DNA of 64,000 nucleotides from the sequence record NC_047713.1; one strand, given 5' to 3'. Position 1 is the stretch's first letter. Every line of letters begins with the position of its first letter. The position numbers and the translations under genes are program-made. A model generated the notes under the pieces. The model did not search any database, was not told the origin of the DNA, and was given only the letters and a program-made list of their open reading frames with translations. Below, in pieces: positions 47,930-55,073 of the stretch.

Positions 47930-48294
47930 TTAGCAAACTGTTTTCACTATCTCTTGTTCTTGCGGGTTCTATCTTACCCGCACATGCATACCCCAATATC
48001 GTATATTGGGAACGCATTGATTGTAACCTCATCACCGAAACTATCCAGAAGTGTGATAGGTACAATGGGCAGAATGGAGTTTTCATCGAATCATACTACC
48101 TGGACATATACACAAACGAACATAGCTTTATAGATCCACGCGAACCGGAAATAGTTGTACCTGATGTTATTGAAGAAGAACTCTATATTGTTGAACCTGT
48201 GTTAGAAGATGAGACACTAGATGATATTCAACCAGATGTAGAATACAACCAACCGATAACAACATCAGACCCACTCCTGAATGATAGTTACTGA
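47926..48294 (+). CDS. Exported protein with acidic tail
   Basis: MISKLFSLSLVLAGSILPAHA signal peptide; Cys pair. Confidence 0.65.
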   Translation: MISKLFSLSLVLAGSILPAHAYPNIVYWERIDCNLITETIQKCDRYNGQNGVFIESYYLDIYTNEHSFIDPREPEIVVPDVIEEELYIVEPVLEDETLDDIQPDVEYNQPITTSDPLLNDSY

Positions 48295-48442
48295 TTTTTC
48301 CATATTCCTGTCGGCAACCACCTCCTACCATACCCCCTGCCAAACCGATATGGATTTTTCACCTTTCCCGTCTAGTGGCTCACTGGTATCTCAGCGAGGC
48401 ACAAATGAGATTTCACCCCCATACCACCCCTCTGACCAAAAC
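48295..48442. repeat. 148-bp non-coding repeat, copy B
   Basis: Gapless block-wise match to 39026-39173. Confidence 0.85.
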
Positions 48443-48447
48443 GGATC

Positions 48448-48759
48448 ATGAAACGCTACGGACTTTATTGGCTGAGAGCTATCACCCTAGGTGCTGGGCT
48501 AAACTTTGTTCTGACTGGTTATCTCATGGGTCACCAAAAGTGGAAGTTTCAACATGCAGCTCCACTCTCAGCGTTTATCTGTGTGAATCTATCGTATGTG
48601 GCGGATCGTCTTATCTTTGGTGATAAGAAGGAACCTGAAGATTTAGATCCAGATACTATTGTTATATCAACCCCACACTGTTGCCCCGTATGTTCAGAGT
48701 ATCCTTGCACTTGTGACAGTTGGGAAAGTGGCACAAGTCCCCTAGGCAACACCCTCTGA
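48448..48759 (+). CDS. Hypothetical two-TM protein with Cys-rich tail
   Basis: Two hydrophobic segments; CCPVC..YPCTC; reads into the next element. Confidence 0.55.
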   Translation: MKRYGLYWLRAITLGAGLNFVLTGYLMGHQKWKFQHAAPLSAFICVNLSYVADRLIFGDKKEPEDLDPDTIVISTPHCCPVCSEYPCTCDSWESGTSPLGNTL

Positions 48760-48795
48760 ACCTGCTATACTAAACACATACCAAAGGAACCAACC
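48712..48795 (+). promoter_or_regulatory. Early element copy 22
   Basis: tgtgacagt-tgggaa-agtggcaca; TAGGCA; TGC-TATACT. Confidence 0.88.
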
Positions 48796-48993
48796 ATGAA
48801 AGTCTCTCAGGAAGTTTTCAAGAGTTACATTCAGATACTGGATGAAAACACACAAACATCATGGGATATCCTAAATGTTTTGAATGATATTGTTAGAGGT
48901 GACTGGGATAACTCAGTCCAGTATTGTTTGGAAAATCCATCAGGCGACCCTATGGATGATTTCAACTACGCAGGCAGTCGCCACCACTATTGA
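48796..48993 (+). CDS. Hypothetical early protein
   Basis: 65 aa after the element. Confidence 0.65.
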   Translation: MKVSQEVFKSYIQILDENTQTSWDILNVLNDIVRGDWDNSVQYCLENPSGDPMDDFNYAGSRHHY

Positions 48994-49026
48994 TAACCAA
49001 CTCACCACACTAACTAACACAAACTC

Positions 49027-49248
49027 ATGACCCTCACTGATTTACAAACAGCACACCCTTATGGGGAGTATTCAGAGCGACATGGTTGTTATTATACAGT
49101 AGACTACGATTCGGAGATAGGATACTTCCGTCAGTTGAATGATAGAACTTTTGAAACTGATTGGAACTGGGTTGATTTTGATACTATGAGTGAAAAAGAA
49201 GCAGAGTATATTTGTGAAGTAGCAAAGACTATTTCTACACGTTCCTGA
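49027..49248 (+). CDS. Hypothetical protein
   Basis: 73 aa after an A/C-rich leader. Confidence 0.65.
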   Translation: MTLTDLQTAHPYGEYSERHGCYYTVDYDSEIGYFRQLNDRTFETDWNWVDFDTMSEKEAEYICEVAKTISTRS

Positions 49249-49276
49249 TACTAACCACCCACACTAACTAACAACT

Positions 49277-49561
49277 ATGACACGCACTCCAATGACAGTC
49301 ACCCTCAAGCGTAGCGAATGGGAATGTTATACAGACACTCCTGATACTATCATCGAAACCATCAACACATACTTCTCTTATGTGTTATCAACTAAAGATA
49401 ACGCGTTTGATGCACAAGCTGAGATATTTAAGTTTATGGGTATGTTTAGTGAGTTTGGGTTTATGGATAGTGAGTGCCTAGAATGTGCAACTAGAGTTAT
49501 CAACAGATATTTCGATTCATACCTCTCCCGATGGAGCCAGGTGGGTGATGTGACAGTCTAG
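49277..49561 (+). CDS. Hypothetical protein
   Basis: 94 aa; ends V-T-V in the next palindrome. Confidence 0.65.
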   Translation: MTRTPMTVTLKRSEWECYTDTPDTIIETINTYFSYVLSTKDNAFDAQAEIFKFMGMFSEFGFMDSECLECATRVINRYFDSYLSRWSQVGDVTV

Positions 49562-49634
49562 GAACTGGCACACGCTTCTCCGCAAACCCCTCAGGGGGTG
49601 CTATACTATATTCATACCAAAGGAACCAACCCCC
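49549..49634 (+). promoter_or_regulatory. Early element copy 23
   Basis: tgtgacagt-ctagga-actggcaca; TGC-TATACT. Confidence 0.88.
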
Positions 49635-49988
49635 GTGAACTTCAAGTCTTTAGCACTCTCTTCAGTTATCGCCGTTTCCTCTATCTTTGGAACCGTATCA
49701 GGAGCTGAAGCAAAACCCGCCAATTGCTGGTTTGAAGATCAAACAACACCCATCACAGCCGCCAACTGTAACATCACTAAAATGTATCATGATGGATCTA
49801 TCTTTGATTGGGTTGGCACCTACTTCCTTGTCAGTGAGTTGGGAGCACTAATCTACCTGAAAGACAACGGAACCTTTATCGCAGAACCTATCAATGGTGA
49901 TCCAGAGGAGTACGGAACCTGGCGTTATGATCATGAGGGTGATATTCAAATGAGGATGGGAGGAACTTACTTTACCTTCCGAGTGTGA
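49635..49988 (+). CDS. Exported Cys-pair beta protein (paralog of 37618-37968)
   Basis: MNFKSLALSSVIAVSSIFGTVSGAEA signal peptide; CWF...C; WRYDHEGD...RV. Confidence 0.7.
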   Translation: MNFKSLALSSVIAVSSIFGTVSGAEAKPANCWFEDQTTPITAANCNITKMYHDGSIFDWVGTYFLVSELGALIYLKDNGTFIAEPINGDPEEYGTWRYDHEGDIQMRMGGTYFTFRV

Positions 49989-50067
49989 CAGTTGAGGAAG
50001 TGGCACACGCTTCCCCCAAAACCCCTCAGGGGGTGCTATACTATATTCATACCAAACAAGGAAACCA
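49984..50067 (+). promoter_or_regulatory. Early element copy 24
   Basis: tgtgacagt-tgagga-agtggcaca; TGC-TATACT. Confidence 0.88.
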
Positions 50068-50334
50068 ATGTTCCCACACCTCCACATCTCTGAATCAAAC
50101 CTCGGACCTCACACCTCCATGTTTTTCAAAGTATCATCACAACCACAAGATGAGTGGCAGAATGGCATTTTCCATAACTCACCTTATGGCATCTTTCACC
50201 TTCATTCTGAGAAAGGTGTTTATAAGTTGGAACTATCTTCCTCAGGTTTGAATACTCCTAAGTTTCGCAAGTGTAAGTGTGAAGATGAACTTACCGCACT
50301 CACTAAGATTCGTCAGTGGATGGATAAGTTCTGA
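50068..50334 (+). CDS. Conserved phage hypothetical protein
   Basis: DEWQNGIFHNSPYGIF...KFRKCK. Confidence 0.7.
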   Translation: MFPHLHISESNLGPHTSMFFKVSSQPQDEWQNGIFHNSPYGIFHLHSEKGVYKLELSSSGLNTPKFRKCKCEDELTALTKIRQWMDKF

Positions 50335-50369
50335 TATTATCTAACACAAACCACTCACAACAAACTATC

Positions 50370-50543
50370 ATGAACCGACTAGAACTACTGACCCAACGTG
50401 AACAACTGATGGAGAGGATTGACTCTATCTGTGATGAATTCTTTTATAAGAACTATAATGGAGATACGTCAGAAGCAGATGAATTAGTTCGTATTCTATG
50501 TGATGCTGTTTGTGAAACCATAGACCCAGCGGGCATGGTGTGA
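50370..50543 (+). CDS. Small hypothetical protein (57 aa)
   Basis: MNRLELLTQREQLMERIDSIC...; TGA in the next palindrome. Confidence 0.65.
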   Translation: MNRLELLTQREQLMERIDSICDEFFYKNYNGDTSEADELVRILCDAVCETIDPAGMV

Positions 50544-50622
50544 CAGTTGGACTAGTGGCACAAGCTTCTCCGCAAACCCCTCCTCACCTGCTATACTATA
50601 TTCATACCAAAGGAAACCGACC
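50539..50622 (+). promoter_or_regulatory. Early element copy 25
   Basis: tgtgacagt-tggact-agtggcaca; TGC-TATACT. Confidence 0.88.
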
Positions 50623-50886
50623 ATGTTCCAAGTCTGTATTGAAGATTCACTAGATCACCGTCATACAGTTGATGAGTTTGAGACTCTGGAAGAAGCACAA
50701 GAGTGTTATAACGAGTGTTTGAAGATTGGTCCTGAGGGTTATGAACTCTCTGTTGAGTTAGAGCAAGTTATTGGCGACCATGATGATTATATTTCAATTG
50801 ATTTCACCGAGTGGTTTACACAAGAGGAGTGGGATGTGGCTCATCCATGGAATGAGAAGGAAGGAGTATGGGAAAACATAGACTGA
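50623..50886 (+). CDS. Hypothetical acidic early protein
   Basis: 87-aa single-gene cassette. Confidence 0.7.
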   Translation: MFQVCIEDSLDHRHTVDEFETLEEAQECYNECLKIGPEGYELSVELEQVIGDHDDYISIDFTEWFTQEEWDVAHPWNEKEGVWENID

Positions 50887-50970
50887 TGTGACAGTTGGAG
50901 AAGTGGCACACGCTTCTCCGCAAGACCCGCCTCACCTGCTATACTATATTCATACCAAAGGGAACCACCC
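50887..50970 (+). promoter_or_regulatory. Early element copy 26
   Basis: tgtgacagt-tggaga-agtggcaca; GGAGAAGTG/CGCTTCTCC hairpin; TGC-TATACT. Confidence 0.9.
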
Positions 50971-51261
50971 ATGACCACCAACACCCTCATCAGACTCGGC
51001 ACTCTCGGTTTTGGGGCTTTCGCAATGACGGTTAACCTGGCACCCATGAGCACTCCGGTCGTTCCTCTCCTTTCCCAACTTACTCCAGTTTACGCTGAGG
51101 TCACTCAGTTTGACAACAGCCAATACAAGTTTGTTTCTCATCAGGAGTTTGTTTTCATGAATAAAACAAGAGAGAACGCACTAGAAGAAATTGATAAAAT
51201 TGTGGAAGACTTTGAGCGTGAGATCGATGAAGCTTTCTCACCAGACAACTTTCGTTTCTGA
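50971..51261 (+). CDS. Hypothetical protein, copy 1
   Basis: 96 aa with a hydrophobic N-terminus. Confidence 0.65.
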   Translation: MTTNTLIRLGTLGFGAFAMTVNLAPMSTPVVPLLSQLTPVYAEVTQFDNSQYKFVSHQEFVFMNKTRENALEEIDKIVEDFEREIDEAFSPDNFRF

Positions 51262-51270
51262 TAGGGGGCT

Positions 51271-51356
51271 TGTGCCACCTAAATAAGTGGCACACGCTTC
51301 CCCGCAAGACCCGCCTCACCTGCTATACTATTCACATACCAAACAAAGGAAACCAA
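51271..51356 (+). promoter_or_regulatory. Early element copy 27
   Basis: tgtgccacc-taaata-agtggcaca; TGC-TATACT. Confidence 0.85.
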
Positions 51357-51611
51357 ATGACCACCACCCAAACCAAAACCGAGTTCCTCACCGAGGCAAT
51401 GATCGAACAGGTGAACAACCTCTGGAAGGTTTATAACGTGGAGTCAGGTCACACCATCACCCCACTCCTTAAGTATGAAGTGGCTAAGAAGTATATCAAG
51501 GTCTATCGTCTTGATGTTGTCAATGGTGAGATTAAGGGAACCACCCATGACCACCAACACCCTCATCAGACTCGGCACTCTCGGTTTTGGGGCTTTCGCA
51601 ATGACGGTTAA
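51357..51611 (+). pseudogene. Truncated/chimeric copy of 51933-52274
   Basis: Identical up to ...VNGEI, then switches at the duplication junction to KGTTHDH... Confidence 0.8.
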
Positions 51612-51837
51612 CCTGGCACCCATGAGCACTCCGGTCGTTCCTCTCCTTTCCCAACTTACTCCAGTTTACGCTGAGGTCACTCAGTTTGACAACAGCCAAT
51701 ACAAGTTTGTTTCTCATCAGGAGTTTGTTTTCATGAATAAAACAAGAGAGAACGCACTAGAAGAAATTGATAAAATTGTGGAAGACTTTGAGCGTGAGAT
51801 CGATGAAGCTTTCTCACCAGACAACTTTCGTTTCTGA
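51547..51837 (+). CDS. Hypothetical protein, copy 2
   Basis: Exact duplicate of 50971-51261. Confidence 0.6.
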   Translation: MTTNTLIRLGTLGFGAFAMTVNLAPMSTPVVPLLSQLTPVYAEVTQFDNSQYKFVSHQEFVFMNKTRENALEEIDKIVEDFEREIDEAFSPDNFRF

Positions 51838-51846
51838 TAGGGGGCT

Positions 51847-51932
51847 TGTGCCACCTAAATAAGTGGCACACGCTTCCCCGCAAGACCCGCCTCACCTGCT
51901 ATACTATTCACATACCAAACAAAGGAAACCAA
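51847..51932 (+). promoter_or_regulatory. Early element copy 28 (duplicate of 27)
   Basis: Within the tandem duplication. Confidence 0.8.
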
Positions 51933-52274
51933 ATGACCACCACCCAAACCAAAACCGAGTTCCTCACCGAGGCAATGATCGAACAGGTGAACAACCTCTG
52001 GAAGGTTTATAACGTGGAGTCAGGTCACACCATCACCCCACTCCTTAAGTATGAAGTGGCTAAGAAGTATATCAAGGTCTATCGTCTTGATGTTGTCAAT
52101 GGTGAGATTCGTGACGGTCGTTCTGTGTTTATGTTTATCGATAAGGAGACTGGAGCAGTTCTGAAACCAGCCAGTTGGAGAGCACCCGCTAAGGGTATCC
52201 GGTTCTACATTGAGTCGTTGGCAGAGAACCCTGAGCTGGTTGATCAATACGGTTCATTCCTCTACCGTCGCTGA
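51933..52274 (+). CDS. Conserved phage hypothetical protein
   Basis: KKYIKV...VFMFIDKETG.VLKPASWRAPAKGIR pattern. Confidence 0.75.
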   Translation: MTTTQTKTEFLTEAMIEQVNNLWKVYNVESGHTITPLLKYEVAKKYIKVYRLDVVNGEIRDGRSVFMFIDKETGAVLKPASWRAPAKGIRFYIESLAENPELVDQYGSFLYRR

Positions 52275-52356
52275 TGTGACAGCCACCAAGGTGGCACAGG
52301 GGGGCTAGGCAGCTCCCCTTCCTTATGCTATACTATATTCATACCAAAGGACCCCG
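52275..52356 (+). promoter_or_regulatory. Early element copy 29
   Basis: tgtgacagc-caccaa-ggtggcaca; TAGGCA; TGC-TATACT. Confidence 0.85.
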
Positions 52357-53610
52357 ATGACTCTGACCCTTCGCCCCCACCAAACTGAAGCTCTTCAGGC
52401 GATGGCTCAGACCCGTCTAGGTCAGATCCTTGTACCCACTGGTGGTGGTAAGACATTGATTGCCATCATGGATGTTGTGAGGACCCTGGAGACCGCACAG
52501 ACCCCTCAGACCATCGTTGTGGTTGCTCCTCGTATCCTTCTAGCTCAGCAACTCTGTAGTGAGTATATGGAGGTTCTGAGCGACCAGTTCGCTAATATCA
52601 TTCCCGCCCATATTCACTCAGGTCATACACCTCACTTTTCTACCACTAACATTCAGAAGATTCATCTTTTCGAGAAGATGATGGATACCGCCAACCTCCA
52701 TCGCATATATTTCACCACATACAACTCACTTCCACGTTTAGCAGAAGCAGGTGTAAGTGTCGATGCTATTATGTTCGACGAAGCACATAACTCTACTCGT
52801 AATGACTTCTATCCCGCTACCAAGTATTTCTCACAGACCGCTAGTCGTTGTTACTTCTTTACAGCAACTCCCCGTCACTCGGTAACATCCAAGAGACACG
52901 GAATGAACGAGTCTGATGTATACGGACAGGTCATCTATAATGTTCCCGCTCCTACACTTGTACAGGGTGGGTTCATCATCCCCCCTCAGGTTCTTGTTAA
53001 AGAGATGGAGTTCGTAGCTAAACATGAGCTCATCTCACAACGTGATACAAACCACCTCATCTCTTGCATTGATGATAACAACACGAGCAAAGTTCTAGTT
53101 TGTGCTAAATCTGTCAAACAGATCATGCGTATGTTTAGTGAGACCGATATCAGCCAACAACTTGATGATCGTGGTTTCTCCTATATGTACATCTCAGCTA
53201 AGACTGGTGGTGTTATCAATGGTAAGAAAGTATCACGTACTATGTTCTTCGATACTCTAAACGAGTGGGGTAAGGATAACAACAAGAAGTTCATTGTTCT
53301 TCATCATTCTATTCTCTCTGAAGGTATCAACGTAAGTGGTTTGGAGTCCGCTATCTTCTTACGTACCATGGATCATATTACTATCTCCCAAACGATTGGA
53401 CGTGTGATAAGACTTCACAAAGACGATGCCCAAGGTATGAGAGATGGTTCGATTCGCCCCGGTGATCTTAACTCCTATACTAAGTCCTTTGGTTTGTGTA
53501 TTGTTCCAGTTTATTCTAAGACACAACAAACCGTTGCTAAGTCTCTTCAAGCAGTTGTCAATACCGTCTTTGTTGAAGGTGAAGCAGCAACCACAGTTGT
53601 GAGGCGTTAG
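52357..53610 (+). CDS. SF2 DEAH-box helicase (type III restriction Res-like)
   Basis: LRPHQ Q-motif, PTGGGKT, FDEAH, FTATP, LSEGINV, QTIGRVIR. Confidence 0.92.
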   Translation: MTLTLRPHQTEALQAMAQTRLGQILVPTGGGKTLIAIMDVVRTLETAQTPQTIVVVAPRILLAQQLCSEYMEVLSDQFANIIPAHIHSGHTPHFSTTNIQKIHLFEKMMDTANLHRIYFTTYNSLPRLAEAGVSVDAIMFDEAHNSTRNDFYPATKYFSQTASRCYFFTATPRHSVTSKRHGMNESDVYGQVIYNVPAPTLVQGGFIIPPQVLVKEMEFVAKHELISQRDTNHLISCIDDNNTSKVLVCAKSVKQIMRMFSETDISQQLDDRGFSYMYISAKTGGVINGKKVSRTMFFDTLNEWGKDNNKKFIVLHHSILSEGINVSGLESAIFLRTMDHITISQTIGRVIRLHKDDAQGMRDGSIRPGDLNSYTKSFGLCIVPVYSKTQQTVAKSLQAVVNTVFVEGEAATTVVRR

Positions 53611-53611
53611 T

Positions 53612-53740
53612 ATGAATTATCAAAACCAAGCTCTTGTGATACTTCTAGGTCTAATGATCATAGCTGGTATTAACGTACTTCACTACGAACAACAATGGCA
53701 ATGTAGGATGCATCGATCCTATTGTTTTGTTTCTGAATAA
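53612..53740 (+). CDS. Small membrane peptide (42 aa)
   Basis: MNYQNQALVILLGLMIIAGINVL... Confidence 0.45.
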   Translation: MNYQNQALVILLGLMIIAGINVLHYEQQWQCRMHRSYCFVSE

Positions 53741-54429
53741 TACCATAAGTAACCCTTCCAACGCGAACCCCATTTGATTGAAGTACAGATACCTTTGCCA
53801 CGATCCTCCTCATTAAAGGATCTCATCGCATCACTAATAGAGTCAAAGACGGGAGTAACATGACCAGTCTTATGAACTCCATAGACTTGTTTCTTATTCT
53901 TAGCGTGTTTATGAATCCACCATTTGTAACCATATGCCGATCCCTCTCTTGTGATACTTCTCCTGATATTTGATGGCCTACCATTCACAAACTCAGCGGC
54001 AGCAACCCAACCGTGAAAGGTCTTTATCTTACCCGTTTCCAAGCACCTACACTTGATCACGTTCTTATCATGTTTCTTAGGTTTCTTCTTCCTTTGATAA
54101 CCCCAACGCCTATCCCCTTTATGATATGACTCTTTATTATTGAGCTTCCTGGTAGTATGCTCCATCACTAAAACGTTGTATTCAGGTTGATACTTATTCA
54201 TCCAATATTCCATCCTCTCTTTAACCTTATTCTCATTCACTTCTTCTAGTATCCGTATAGTGAAGTCATCGGAGTTATAGTAAGATAAGGCATTTGATAA
54301 GGGAGTATTTTCCTCCTTATGATTTCTAAGGATACGAGCCCAAACTTTATTCAAGGGAAGCGTATCATAACCGATGTATTTGTGAGAGGTTTGTCTATTC
54401 AAGATGATGTAGATGTTTATGATGCTCAC
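53719..54429 (-). CDS. GIY-YIG-type homing endonuclease with two NUMOD1-like domains
   Basis: NIYIILNRQTSHKYIG; later ILEE..E; KTFHGWVAAAEFV...AYGYKW and VFDSISDAMR...WKGYLW. Confidence 0.75.
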   Translation of the reverse strand: MSIINIYIILNRQTSHKYIGYDTLPLNKVWARILRNHKEENTPLSNALSYYNSDDFTIRILEEVNENKVKERMEYWMNKYQPEYNVLVMEHTTRKLNNKESYHKGDRRWGYQRKKKPKKHDKNVIKCRCLETGKIKTFHGWVAAAEFVNGRPSNIRRSITREGSAYGYKWWIHKHAKNKKQVYGVHKTGHVTPVFDSISDAMRSFNEEDRGKGICTSIKWGSRWKGYLWYYSETKQ

Positions 54430-54842
54430 GGAAGATACTCTCTATTCTGGTTGTATATATAAGTATTGTTTTATTTTATCACATGTGCCTGTTTATCTCC
54501 CTTATGAATGTTATAATAGAAAGGAAGAGATAAAGACATATATTCAACTGAATCATCTAAGAGAAGGTAACACTAATCCCCTATACAATAACCCAATAGA
54601 AAGTGATCTAATAGAAGGTAATCATATAGAGGAAGGTTAATAGAAAGCCCTATAGAAAGCCCCTTATAATAGTATCATATAAAGAGGTCTTTAAGTTGCT
54701 CTAAGTCTCACTGGAAACCTACCTGCCCGTTGAACCTAAACCTCCCTGCCCGTTGCAACCTAAGCCCGTTATAACACGGGACTTCGGAAAAGTCAAGGGA
54801 TCTCCGAAAAACTTAATATTTCTCCCCTCCCCCCTGGACTCC

Positions 54843-54926
54843 TGTGCCAATTCCCAAACTGGCACACAAAAGCCCGCAGACCCCCCGAAATGGCATATAC
54901 TATATTCATACCAAAGGGAACCACCC
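54843..54926 (+). promoter_or_regulatory. Early element copy 30
   Basis: tgtgccaat-tcccaa-actggcaca; TATACT; standard leader. Confidence 0.82.
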
Positions 54927-55073
54927 ATGGCTAAGATCACCACCCAGACCCGTTACACCAGCCAGGTAGCCCAGGACCGTAAGGCAGCAGCACTCCAGAG
55001 GGCTGAGGAGCGTCGCCTCACGGGTTCTGCCGACGTGGATCAGGTGAACCGCCTCTACACTCAGGCACTCTGA
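54927..55073 (+). CDS. Small hypothetical early protein (48 aa)
   Basis: MAKITTQTRYTSQVAQDRKAAAL...; true start follows the element. Confidence 0.65.
   Translation: MAKITTQTRYTSQVAQDRKAAALQRAEERRLTGSADVDQVNRLYTQAL

Larger units (their letters stand above)
50958..52109 (+). repeat. Perfect 576-bp tandem duplication (50958-51533 / 51534-52109)
   Basis: Identical sequence at offset 576 (e.g. ATG 50971 vs 51547). Confidence 0.95.

Noticed and set aside
39026-48442. 148-bp repeat pair read as DGR template/variable repeats
   Set aside because: Differences are block-wise and not adenine-specific, neither copy is at a gene 3' end in a VR-like way, and no reverse transcriptase is in the window.
53440-53470. 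tRNA T-loop-like GGTTCGATTC
   Set aside because: Lies inside the helicase ORF with no cloverleaf context; no tRNA seen in the window.
37507-54926. Track ORFs starting MGKWHTLP.., MCHLNKWHTLP.., MATPPKTS.., MTVEEVAHAS.., MQPKPV..
   Set aside because: These are translations through the repeated promoter element; true starts are the ATGs after the leader.
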